Made by a program: the position numbers and the translations under genes. The notes beneath the pieces are model-generated. The model was not told the DNA's origin, made no database searches, and saw only the letters and a program-made list of their open reading frames with translations. A stretch of 64,000 nucleotides of DNA from Nitrospirota bacterium (GTDB lineage Bacteria > Nitrospirota > UBA9217): assembly GCA_963840455.1 (NCBI GenBank), contig CAWIYV010000011.1:256001-320000 (forward strand), read 5' to 3'. This document shows positions 21,991 through 31,141 of the stretch, piece after piece. The stretch's first letter is position 1; each line of letters begins with the position of its first letter.

Positions 21991-22129
21991 GCTCATTCGA
22001 TGCTTTTTTGTTATCACCCTCGCCAGATCTCAAGACCCTGATCCCGTCAGTTTCATCCCCCATTTTCCGTGCTCACAGGGGCCAACGCAACATCATGTCT
22101 GTCCTGTGCCAGGCTTAGGCTTTACCTGT

Positions 22130-22328
22130 CTACCCAATGTTACTGTCCCATGGTATTCGTTCGGGTATGATAACTTCAACGGTCAGATGCTGCGCAAGCT
22201 TTGCTTCGCCGGGAGTGAACAGCCGCTTGAGCAGGCGGATATCAGCGCCTGACCAGGTCGACGGGAACCCGATCGCCTGTTTGTCCAGATGCCGCTGGAG
22301 AAGTCGGTAGAGGGCGTCTTCAAGTCAT
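22130..22328 (-). pseudogene. Truncated, frameshifted N-terminus of a 4Fe-4S ferredoxin-domain protein
   Basis: ATG ACT T GAA GAC... then EDALYRLLQRHLDKQAIGFPSTWSGADIRLLKRLFTPGEAKLA, which I recall as the N-terminus of a common anaerobe 4Fe-4S dicluster family; the frame stops soon after. Confidence 0.55.
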
Positions 22329-22367
22329 GCGGGCGTTCATGCTGCAAAAAGAAAAGAATCACAATGC

Positions 22368-22426
22368 ATTGAACGACGAGTTGAGCCCCGCGCTGTAGAG
22401 CGCGGGACTCGAACGACTTGTTATTT
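22368..22426 (-). mobile_element. attC site (59-base element)
   Basis: Minus strand AAATAAC AAGTC GTTCGAGT CCCGCGCT ctac AGCGCGGG GCTCAAC TCGTC GTTCAAT: R'' overlaps the ORF stop, L''/L' boxes, central palindrome, R' GTT; 59 bp. Confidence 0.8.
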
Positions 22427-23140
22427 TCGCCCGAGAAGTTCTTTGATTTGTGCTTTCACTTTCGATACGAACGTGGGGTACTTCTTATTGCCATAGGAAA
22501 GTTGCTCTGCGATGTCTTTTTCCGCCTGCTGGTCCAAGCGCCTAATCAATTCTTTCTTCTCTTTTTCGTTTAATGTTGATTTGACAGATAACGACTCAAT
22601 ATTGATTACTATTGGAACAAAGAAAATATCCTCAGGCAAGGATACTTCCCAACCGTCGCACATTTGGCAAAGTGTAGCAACATATCTTCCTTTAATCTGC
22701 TTGAGAATGCCGTTCTCCTGAATAAATTCAACCGAGTCGATATTCTGATCAAGAAGCTTCGTGCCCTTATCGTCTTGAAACTTGAAAAGCTTGAGCAGGT
22801 TTTCTGAATGATCACCGTCACCACCATAGCGACATTGAAATGTTATGATATTATGGCCGTCTTTATCATATGCAAAATCTATCCTCGGATGACCGTAGAA
22901 CTTCTTAGGATAATCTTTGTGGCTTACGTCAAACATTGCTGTAACGCTCATATCTTTATTCCGCTTGATCTGCAAATACAACTTCGCATTCGGATCGCGA
23001 TATGTTTCCGAAGCTATGTTCTGAATTGAAACTATCAGATCTGGCGAGCTGACTTCAAGCAGGGTCTGCCACGCATTTTCAGTAGAAAACACAGTGGCAG
23101 GTATAAGAAGTAAAAAGATAGAGAGGATGAATTTATTCAT
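22421..23140 (-). CDS. AT-rich secreted hypothetical protein (integron-type gene cassette)
   Basis: Signal-peptide-like N-terminus, CxxC (CQMC); stop lies inside the attC R''; GTTATTC just upstream of the RBS. Confidence 0.8.
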   Translation of the reverse strand: MNKFILSIFLLLIPATVFSTENAWQTLLEVSSPDLIVSIQNIASETYRDPNAKLYLQIKRNKDMSVTAMFDVSHKDYPKKFYGHPRIDFAYDKDGHNIITFQCRYGGDGDHSENLLKLFKFQDDKGTKLLDQNIDSVEFIQENGILKQIKGRYVATLCQMCDGWEVSLPEDIFFVPIVINIESLSVKSTLNEKEKKELIRRLDQQAEKDIAEQLSYGNKKYPTFVSKVKAQIKELLGRK

Positions 23141-23220
23141 TATGTTTTATCCTCGAATAACCAATGATTGTCTAGCCGTCTCTGGCTAGTAAAACACGAA
23201 ATTCCGTTCTTTACCAGCCT

Positions 23221-23236
23221 AGCAAAAGGGATGCCA
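23221..23236 (-). promoter_or_regulatory. sigma54 (-24/-12) promoter facing the cassette
   Basis: TGGCATCCCTTTTGCT, GG-N10-GC. Confidence 0.65.
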
Positions 23237-23370
23237 AATTATGTGCGGCAGCTCTGGAACAAGTAGACATCCACATCTTCAGTTTGAAATGTGTACGCTT
23301 TGCCCGGTTATCAATATGCACATCAACAGGAAGGATCCAGCACTGCTATTTTCAACCTGATCTTACACAA

Positions 23371-23781
23371 TTAATTAGGATATTCAATTGTGACAATTCC
23401 ACTGGCATCCCCATTATAAAAATTTATGACAGAGATCTGCCATAGAGATCCCTTGTTGATATCCGCTGATGTGACGTTATAATTTATCGTATTAGGGGAA
23501 ATGCCATCATTCCTTGCGTAATATCCAACCTGCCCTGGCCCATTCAAAATAAGAGCCAATGTATTTGTTGTCCCTGTCCAAACTGCTGAGGCTGTAATAG
23601 TGCCAGCTGAATTTACTGTAAAGCCGCCGATATAAATAGAATTGCCACTGGTTGAGCTACCAAGTGATATTGTGCTAGATACAGTGTTAATAGACACATG
23701 AGAATTATTGTCTGTACCGCATGCCGTAAACGAAGCCACTATTAAGACACATCCCGCAACAATTAGCTGATATTTCGTCAT
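23371..23781 (-). CDS. AT-rich lipoprotein, beta-rich
   Basis: Lipobox FTAC; S/T/N/G-rich pattern suggesting a beta-sandwich. Confidence 0.7.
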   Translation of the reverse strand: MTKYQLIVAGCVLIVASFTACGTDNNSHVSINTVSSTISLGSSTSGNSIYIGGFTVNSAGTITASAVWTGTTNTLALILNGPGQVGYYARNDGISPNTINYNVTSADINKGSLWQISVINFYNGDASGIVTIEYPN

Positions 23782-24121
23782 AAGCTTTTCGCTCCCACCA
23801 TTATTATTTTATGCGTTCAATATTGATTATTGAGACACAGCATGTGCGAATAAGTATAATAATATGCTTGTAAAGTACAGACGAAAAATGGGGTATTTTA
23901 TGGGTAGATGATTATCGAATACAGTTTGCAACTTTAAGTATTGCAAGGAATGTTAACTTCAACATCTTCAGGAAGATGATCGCGCTCAACCTGAACAGAC
24001 CTGAACCGGGAGAGTTGGACGACCAGGGAAAGTATAGCGAACGACACGAATTAGATAAAGAAGAAAAGAAGGGTATTTTCGGGGGATGTACTTCTGCAAC
24101 AGATTGCTACGGTGAGGGCGT

Positions 24122-25492
24122 TTATCCTACTACATTATATTCCCTCACCCGGAGTTTGGCACCGAGCTCGTCGGTGATCCTGCGGCAGGCCTCTACGTCC
24201 ACGCCCGGGACCGTGACGACCGTAGCAGCCACGTCGGGGATGTACTTTGTTGCTTCGCGGATGAATTCCTTCACCGCGTCATACGCGGCAGGGCCGAACT
24301 TGGGCTGGGAGATCTTCTCGTAGAGCTCGGCGTTCTGCGCGTTCAGACTGACGCTCACCGCATCCACGAGGCCGGCAAGCTCAGGCAGGATGTTCCGCTT
24401 GTGAATGAGGTTCCCGTGGCCGTTGGTATCGATGCGCACCTTGCCACCCTGCTTTTTCACTTGCGTCGCCACGGCCTTGACCACGTCAAGCCGGAGCAAT
24501 GGCTCGCCGTAGCCGCAGAACACGATCTCGTCGTACTTCTTCGGATCGCCGATCTCCCTGATCAGCTCCTCCGCCGTGGGCTCGTCCTTCAGCCGCAGGT
24601 TGTGGCCCTTCACGAAGTCGGTGAAATAGCGCACGCAGAACGTGCAGGCCGAGGTGCAGCGGTTGGTCACGTTGAGGTAGAGCGAGTTCCTGATGGGATA
24701 GGTGATCTTTCCCTGCTTCGGCATCTCACCGATGCCGAAGAGCTGCATGGCGTTGAAGCTCGTGATCCTGGCCACATCATCGAAGGTCAGCCCCTTTACC
24801 TTCGCGATCTCCTCGGCCGTATAGCGCACGTAGGCAGGTTCGTTCCGCTTGCCGCGGAATTGCTGGGGCGCCAGGTAGGGCGCATCGGTCTCGATCAGGA
24901 GCTGCTCGATGGGGACCTGCTTCACCACATCGCGGAGCGCCTGCGCCTTCGGGAAGGTCACGGGACCGGCGATGGAGATGTGGAACCCCAGGTCCATCAC
25001 CTGCTTCGCATATTCGATATCGCCGGAGAAGCAGTGCATCACGCCGCCGAGAGCCGGGTCCCAGTCTTCCTTGAGGATCCTGATCGTGTCCTCATGGGCG
25101 TCGCGGTCATGGACGATGATGGGGAGCTTCAGCTCCTTCGCTTCATGCAGCATGTCGCGGAACTTCCGCTGCTGCACGACCCGCTGGGTGTGCTCGTAGT
25201 AGTAGTCGAGCCCGATCTCCCCGTAGGCCACGACCTTCTTGTGCTGGGCGAAGTGGCGCAGGATCTCGTAGGCGGGATGGAGGATGTCCTTAGCCTCGTG
25301 GGGGTGGATGCCGATGGCAGCGTAGATGAAGTCGTACTTGTCCGCGAGCATGACCGCGTCGCGGCATGACTCCACCGTGGTGCCGATGGTGACAATGTAT
25401 TCGACGCCCGCGTCTTTTGCCCGTTTGATGACGTCGTCGCGGTCGTCATTGAACTCGCGCATCTCAAGATGCGCGTGCGTGTCGATCAGCAT
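24122..25492 (-). CDS. tatD: TatD DNase fused to a TatD-associated radical SAM domain
   Basis: DTHAH, GIHPH, GEIGLD, ETDAPY; C-terminal YLNVTNRCTSACTFC (CxxxCxxC), FCGYGEP. Confidence 0.92.
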   Translation of the reverse strand: MLIDTHAHLEMREFNDDRDDVIKRAKDAGVEYIVTIGTTVESCRDAVMLADKYDFIYAAIGIHPHEAKDILHPAYEILRHFAQHKKVVAYGEIGLDYYYEHTQRVVQQRKFRDMLHEAKELKLPIIVHDRDAHEDTIRILKEDWDPALGGVMHCFSGDIEYAKQVMDLGFHISIAGPVTFPKAQALRDVVKQVPIEQLLIETDAPYLAPQQFRGKRNEPAYVRYTAEEIAKVKGLTFDDVARITSFNAMQLFGIGEMPKQGKITYPIRNSLYLNVTNRCTSACTFCVRYFTDFVKGHNLRLKDEPTAEELIREIGDPKKYDEIVFCGYGEPLLRLDVVKAVATQVKKQGGKVRIDTNGHGNLIHKRNILPELAGLVDAVSVSLNAQNAELYEKISQPKFGPAAYDAVKEFIREATKYIPDVAATVVTVPGVDVEACRRITDELGAKLRVREYNVVG

Positions 25493-25542
25493 GCTGTTAA
25501 TCTACCTCACCAAGTATCAGAATACGTACAAAATCCTTTTTC

Positions 25543-25772
25543 AGCCACGAATGTACACGAATTTTCGCGAATGTTAATAATTAAAGAAAGAACGTACAGG
25601 TTGGCTGCAAAAGTTAAACACGCAAATAAGAAATTGGGGCCATTTCGAGACGCTTGCGCTTTTTTGCGGCAAAAAAATAGTTGCGGTTAACTGAGCGAAG
25701 CGTCATATTCCTATGAGTCAGCCCGACTTTTGAGAGGTCTTAATCCGTGGTAATTCGTGTACATTCGTGGCT
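25543..25772. repeat. Perfect 21-bp inverted repeat enclosing ~190 bp with a nested imperfect IR
   Basis: AGCCACGAATGTACACGAATT (25543-25563) / AATTCGTGTACATTCGTGGCT (25752-25772). Confidence 0.85.
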
Positions 25773-25783
25773 AAACAGTCCTG

Positions 25784-27784
25784 CTACTTTACTTTCGCGC
25801 CGGGCTTGATCTCCCGGTCCGGCGTGACCACCGAGAGCATGTCGCCGGCGCTCGCGGCAAGCAGCATGCCCTGGGACTCGACGCCCATGAGCTTCGCCGG
25901 CTTGAGATTTGCCACGATCACGATGCTCTTGTCCAGGAGCTGTTCAGGCGCATAGCTCTTGCCGATGCCCGCCACGACCTGCCGCGTCTCCGTGCCGATG
26001 TCCACCCGGAGCTTCACGAGCTTCTCGGACTTCTCCACGCGCTCGGCGGCGATGATCTTCCCGACCCGGAGCTGGACCTTTGCGAAATCCTCGATGCCGA
26101 TAAGCTCAGGCTCGGCTGTTTTTTGATCGGTCTGCGGTGTTGACGTTCCTGTTTCCATCCGTTTTTCCCCTTTGCTGCCTTTATCCGCGTGCATCAGCTT
26201 TGATCCGCGTCCAATGTCTTTCTTCGTCTCTATCCTCGGGAAGAGCTGCTCGCCGGGCTGGATCGCCGATCCGGGCTTCAGACCGCCCCACTCCTGTTCG
26301 TCGCTCATGCGGCAGGAGGATATCGCTTTCCCCACGCCGACGCTGTTCCAGATCTTCTGGCTCGTCCCCGGGATGACCGGGTAGAGCATGAGGCCGATGA
26401 GCCTGAGCGACTCAGCGAGGTTGTACAGCACGCTCGCGAGCCGCTCCATATCGTTCTTCTTGGCAAGCGACCAGGGCGCGTTCTCCTCCACATAGCGGTT
26501 GGCCCGAGTCACGAGCTGCCAGCCGGTTTGGAGATAGCGGTTGAAGGCAAGCGTCGCCAGGTCCGTTTCGATCTGGGCGGGAAGTCCCGCCGCGGTCTCG
26601 CGCAGCTCCCGGTCATGCGGCTGTTCCGGACCCGCTGCCGGCACCTTCCCGTCGAAGTACTTCCCCACCATGGTCATGACGCGGGAAAGGAGGTTCCCCA
26701 GGTCGTTCGCCAGCTCGGTGTTGAAGCGGGTGATAAAGGTCTCGGTCGAGAAGTCGCCGTCCAGGCCGAAGGGCACCTCGCGCAGGACGAAGTACCGGAA
26801 GGCGTCGGCGCCGTAGGTGTCCACCATCTCGTTCGGGTCCACGACATTGCCGATGGATTTGGACATCTTCCTGCCGTCCCGCGTCCACCAGCCGTGGGCG
26901 AAGATGTTGCCCGGCAGCGGCAGCCCGGCGCCCATGAGCATGGTGGACCAGTACACGCTGTGGGTGGTCAGGATGTCCTTGCCCACGAGGTGATGGTCAG
27001 CCGGCCACCAGAACCGCTCGCGCGCAACAGGGTCGGACGAGCCATCGGCCTTCGGGCTCAGGTACCGCGTGGCCGAGTAATAGTTCGTCAGGGCGTCGAA
27101 CCAGACATAGGTGACATAGTCCCGGTCGAAGGGAAGTTCTATGCCCCAGGCCAGCCGCGCCTTGGGGCGGGAGATGCAGAGGTCGCCGAGCGCCTGGTGC
27201 TTCAGGAACCCGAGCACCTCGTTCCTCCTGCTCTCGGGCCGGATGTAGCCGGGGTGCTTTTCGATGTGTTCGATCAGCCTCGCCTGGTATTTGCTCATCA
27301 GGAAGAAGTAATTGTCTTCCTTGATCTGCTCGACCGGCCTCCCGCAGTCCGGGCACTTTCCCTCGTGGATGTCCTTCTCCGTCCAGAACCGCTCGTCGGG
27401 CGTGCAGTACCATCCCTCGTAGGTCCGGCGTTCGATCTCGCCCTTGTCAAAGAGCTTCTGCAGCAGCTCCTGCACGACGGCAATATGCTCCTTGTCCGTG
27501 GTGCGGATGAAGGCGTCGTTCGTGATCTCGAGCTTCTCCCAGAGCCGCTTGAAGTTCAGGGATAGAAGATCTGCGTGCTCCTTCGGCGTTCGGCCCTTTT
27601 CCACGGCCGCCTTCTCCACCTTCTGGCCGTGCTCGTCGGTCCCGGTCAGGAAAAAGACTGAATCGCCCTTCTGGCGGTGGTAGCGCGCCATCACGTCGGC
27701 GGCAATGGTCGTGTAGGCGTGGCCGATATGCGGCACGTCGTTCACGTAGTAGATGGGAGTGGTGATATAGAATTTCCCGGACAT
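25784..27784 (-). CDS. metG: Methionine--tRNA ligase with C-terminal tRNA-binding domain
   Basis: YITTPIYYVN, HIGH, KMSKS, C-terminal OB-fold (EDFAKVQLRVG...ESQGM); start MSGKF at 27784. Confidence 0.97.
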   Translation of the reverse strand: MSGKFYITTPIYYVNDVPHIGHAYTTIAADVMARYHRQKGDSVFFLTGTDEHGQKVEKAAVEKGRTPKEHADLLSLNFKRLWEKLEITNDAFIRTTDKEHIAVVQELLQKLFDKGEIERRTYEGWYCTPDERFWTEKDIHEGKCPDCGRPVEQIKEDNYFFLMSKYQARLIEHIEKHPGYIRPESRRNEVLGFLKHQALGDLCISRPKARLAWGIELPFDRDYVTYVWFDALTNYYSATRYLSPKADGSSDPVARERFWWPADHHLVGKDILTTHSVYWSTMLMGAGLPLPGNIFAHGWWTRDGRKMSKSIGNVVDPNEMVDTYGADAFRYFVLREVPFGLDGDFSTETFITRFNTELANDLGNLLSRVMTMVGKYFDGKVPAAGPEQPHDRELRETAAGLPAQIETDLATLAFNRYLQTGWQLVTRANRYVEENAPWSLAKKNDMERLASVLYNLAESLRLIGLMLYPVIPGTSQKIWNSVGVGKAISSCRMSDEQEWGGLKPGSAIQPGEQLFPRIETKKDIGRGSKLMHADKGSKGEKRMETGTSTPQTDQKTAEPELIGIEDFAKVQLRVGKIIAAERVEKSEKLVKLRVDIGTETRQVVAGIGKSYAPEQLLDKSIVIVANLKPAKLMGVESQGMLLAASAGDMLSVVTPDREIKPGAKVK

Positions 27785-27848
27785 GGATGCTCGCAATGAT
27801 TGAGGCCGCTCCGTCGAGCGGCGTTGTTCCTGTACCCTGTACCCTGTC

Positions 27849-29216
27849 TTACACCCCGCCGCCGGCAGGCCCGCCCGTCTGCGGTCCTTCTCCCCCGCCC
27901 TGCTTCTTTTTCTTCTTGTCCCTCCAGAACCGCCGCCTGCGCTTCCCGCCGCCCGTCTTCTCGCCCTGCTGCGGGGCCTGGCCTTCCTGGCCCTGCGGTT
28001 CCTGGCCCTCGACGGCCGGTCCGGCTGCCTGCGGTTTTGGCTGCTGTTGTTGCTGCGGCTTCTGTTGCTGCTTCTGTTGCGGTTTCTGCTTTTGCTGCTG
28101 TTTCTGTTGCTGTTTCTGCTTCTCCCGCTGCTGCTCCTGCGGAGGCCGCTGCTTCTGGTCTTGGCCTCCCTCTTTCTTCTTCTCCGGCTTCCGGCCGTCG
28201 CGCTGCTGCTGGGACTGCTGCTCGCGCTTCTGCTCCTGCCTCCTGCGCTCGTCCTCGCGGCGCGAACGCTCCTCGGCCTGTCGGCGTTCCTCCGCCTCCT
28301 GCCGCTGCTCCGCAAGCCGGGTCTCCTCGGCCTCCCGCTTCTCCCGGACTGAGGCCTCCTTCATCGCCGCAATGTCCTTCTTGATCTCATCGTACACGGG
28401 GAACTCGTAGGAGAGGCAGCAAAGCAGCCGGCCGCAGACCCCCGAGATCTTCGCCGGGTTCAGCACCATGTCCTGCTTTTTCGCCATCCTGATGGAGACG
28501 GGCTCGAACCCGCGCAGGTACGAGGAGCAGCAGAGCTCCCGGCCGCAGGGGCCGAAGCCGCCGATGATCCTCGCCACGTCCCGCACGCCCACCTGGCGCA
28601 TCTCGATCCTGCTGCGGAGCTTGTGCGCGAGGTCCTTCACCAGTTCGCGGAAATCAATGCGGTTCTCGGAGAAGAAATAGAAGGTCACGCGGGTGGCGTC
28701 GAAAGATGATTCGGCGCGGATCAGCTTCATCGGGAGCTCGCGCTCCGCGATCATGTCCTGGCAGACCTTGAAGGCCTCGGCCTCCCGGGCGCGGTTCTTG
28801 TCCTCCTTCCGGAGGTCCTCTTCCGTCGCCTTCCGGACCACCTTGCGGTGGCCCTTGGGCTGCTGCCTCGGCCGTTCCGCCGGGGCTGGAAGCTCCGTCA
28901 CGCCGGCCGGGGCAGCAGCGGCCGCGGCTGCTGCTGCGGCAACATCGCCGGGCGTCTGGATATCGATCTCGATCTCCTCTTCCTCGGCTTCGGCGGGCTT
29001 TCCCTGTTTCCCGTCCCGGTCCTGCGGCGGTTGCTCCTGGGTTGCCTGCGGCACGGAAGGGAGCTCATCGGCGTCACGGAGACGAACAATGCGGGCAAAG
29101 CCCAGACCCCGATCAGATTCGACGATCACCGGGTCACCGACAAAAAGCTCGATGCCCGTCGCGTCGAAATCATAGATCCTTGAATTGTCACGGAAGCGCA
29201 CACCTGCGATCTTCAT
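27849..29216 (-). CDS. PSP1/YaaT (RicT-like) protein with a long Gln/Lys-rich tail
   Basis: RIDFRELVKDL, IEMRQVGVRD, GPCGRELCC, KISGVCGRLLCCLSYE; holB-PSP1-metG synteny. Confidence 0.92.
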   Translation of the reverse strand: MKIAGVRFRDNSRIYDFDATGIELFVGDPVIVESDRGLGFARIVRLRDADELPSVPQATQEQPPQDRDGKQGKPAEAEEEEIEIDIQTPGDVAAAAAAAAAAPAGVTELPAPAERPRQQPKGHRKVVRKATEEDLRKEDKNRAREAEAFKVCQDMIAERELPMKLIRAESSFDATRVTFYFFSENRIDFRELVKDLAHKLRSRIEMRQVGVRDVARIIGGFGPCGRELCCSSYLRGFEPVSIRMAKKQDMVLNPAKISGVCGRLLCCLSYEFPVYDEIKKDIAAMKEASVREKREAEETRLAEQRQEAEERRQAEERSRREDERRRQEQKREQQSQQQRDGRKPEKKKEGGQDQKQRPPQEQQREKQKQQQKQQQKQKPQQKQQQKPQQQQQPKPQAAGPAVEGQEPQGQEGQAPQQGEKTGGGKRRRRFWRDKKKKKQGGGEGPQTGGPAGGGV

Positions 29217-29385
29217 TCGTATATGTGGAGAACGTCCTTCCGGGGATGGACAGGACGCATATGCTCCTCTCGAGATCCCGCGCCGGGCATGCCTTCCCGG
29301 TCAGCGGCAAGCACAATAATACCCTTTTCCCGCGCGAGGCACAATCTTTTTTCGGTGATAAGCAGGCGATGCCGCCCGGCGCGCA

Positions 29386-30420
29386 TCAGGGCCGGGCGAG
29401 CTTCAGGAAGAGATTTTCGGCCACCAGTTGGGCGCTGACACGCCGCTCCAGCAGGGTCCTGCAGCGGTTGAACAGCTCCATGTCCTGAAGGACCTTCTCA
29501 AGGACGAAGGGGCCCGGTGAACCCGCCCTGCTTTCCTCGGCCCCGGCAAAGACCAGCAGGCGCGCGTCCCCGGTCTCGTGGAACACCAGGAGGTCCCGGA
29601 GCCGCTCGATGCCGATGTCGAGAAGCCGGTCGAACCCGTCCCGGTCCCTGGCGATGCCGTCGGCGAGGGTGAGGATCTCGTCATCCCGCATGCCGGCGAG
29701 GCCCTCACGGAGGGCCAGGAACCGCTCCCGCTCCGCCTTCTCCTTCTGCACGTCCATCGCGAGCGCGCGGCCGAGGCTGCCCCGGGAGAGGGCCGCAATG
29801 AACCATGCGTCCTCCTCGGACAGGCCCCGGTTCTCCCGGATCACTTCAGCCAGGGTATGCCGCGGCAGCGGCTGGAACACAAGCGCCTGGCAGCGGGACC
29901 GGATCGTAGGCAGGAGGCTCTGGGGCAGGGAGGTGATCAGGATGATGAGGGAGTCGCCCGGCGGTTCCTCGAGGGTCTTCAGGAAGGCGTTCTGCGACGC
30001 TTCGTTCATCGTTTCAGCGCCGTCCACGATCAGGACCTTCTTGCGCCCCTCGGAAGGCTTCAGCGAAATGCTTTCCTGCGCCCGCCGGATCTGGTCGATC
30101 TTGATCTCGTCGCTGGCCTTCTCGATCTCCTTGCTGCTCCATGTCGAAAGCAGCTGTTCGTCACGGCTCTCGGGCATCACGACGCGGACATCAGGATGGA
30201 TGCCGCCCGCGATCCTGCGGCAGGCCGGGCAGGCGCCGCACCCGCCGGCGGGCCCGGGGGTCTCGCAGTTCAGCGCCGCGGCCAGCGCATACGCCGTCAG
30301 CCGCTTGCCGATGCCCGGTTCTCCCGAGAACAGGTAGGCGTGCGCCAGGGCACCGTTCGCAAGGGCCCGCTTGAGGATGTCGACCTGGCGGTCATGGCCG
30401 ATGATGGAGGAAAATTGCAT
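29386..30420 (-). CDS. holB: DNA polymerase III delta-prime subunit
   Basis: HAYLFSGEPGIGK, CGACPAC, HPD, NAFLKTLEEPP, TIRSRC; downstream of tmk. Confidence 0.93.
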   Translation of the reverse strand: MQFSSIIGHDRQVDILKRALANGALAHAYLFSGEPGIGKRLTAYALAAALNCETPGPAGGCGACPACRRIAGGIHPDVRVVMPESRDEQLLSTWSSKEIEKASDEIKIDQIRRAQESISLKPSEGRKKVLIVDGAETMNEASQNAFLKTLEEPPGDSLIILITSLPQSLLPTIRSRCQALVFQPLPRHTLAEVIRENRGLSEEDAWFIAALSRGSLGRALAMDVQKEKAERERFLALREGLAGMRDDEILTLADGIARDRDGFDRLLDIGIERLRDLLVFHETGDARLLVFAGAEESRAGSPGPFVLEKVLQDMELFNRCRTLLERRVSAQLVAENLFLKLARP

Positions 30421-30486
30421 ATCGGAAATGGTAAATAAGGCCGGGGTGTTTATTTTTTACCTTTACAATTTACACCTTGCCATTTG

Positions 30487-31140
30487 CTATTTGCTTTTTA
30501 CTTGACCCAACACCTCATCAACGATCGTCCTGATGTCCTCCTGGACCTCCTCGGGCGACCGGGCCGCGTTCACCGTGCGGATGCGCTCGGGTTCCTCCTT
30601 CGCCAGTTGGAGGTAGCCGTTGCGTACCATGCTGTGGAACGCAATGTCCTCGTTCTCGAACCGCGCCTCCCCGTGAAGTCCCTGGCTCGTGTTCCTGCCC
30701 CGCGCGCGGCCGAGCCCTGTTTCCGCCGGAAGGTCGAGCAGGACCGTAAGCCGCGGCCGGAGCCCTGCCGTCACGATACGGTCCAGTTCCCGGATGACCG
30801 GGACCGACAGCCCCCTCCCGTATCCCTGGTACGCGATCGTCGCGTCGGAGAAGCGGTCGCATAGAACGATCCTGCCCACCGCGAGCGCGGGGCGGATCAC
30901 CTCACGGAGATGCTGGGCACGGCTCGCCGCGTACAGGAGGAGCTCCGCCGTGGGGTCCAGCAGCCGGTTGAGCGGATCCAGGAGGATCCTGCGAACCTGG
31001 TCCCCGATGGGCGTACCCCCCGGCTCCCGGGTGAGCGTCACCGGCCGTCGTTGTTCTGTAAGATGTTGCAAGAGACGGGAGATCTGGGTCGATTTGCCGG
31101 AGCCCTCGATGCCCTCGAAGGTAATGAATACCCCCGGCAT
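30487..31140 (-). CDS. tmk: Thymidylate kinase
   Basis: FITFEGIEGSGKST, REPGG, CDRF. Confidence 0.97.
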   Translation of the reverse strand: MPGVFITFEGIEGSGKSTQISRLLQHLTEQRRPVTLTREPGGTPIGDQVRRILLDPLNRLLDPTAELLLYAASRAQHLREVIRPALAVGRIVLCDRFSDATIAYQGYGRGLSVPVIRELDRIVTAGLRPRLTVLLDLPAETGLGRARGRNTSQGLHGEARFENEDIAFHSMVRNGYLQLAKEEPERIRTVNAARSPEEVQEDIRTIVDEVLGQVKSK

Positions 31141-31141
31141 G

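Noticed and set aside
27785-28315. 177-aa N-terminal extension of MetG in the ORF track
   Set aside because: Mostly an alternative-frame reading of the PSP1 low-complexity tail; MetG begins at MSGKF (27784).
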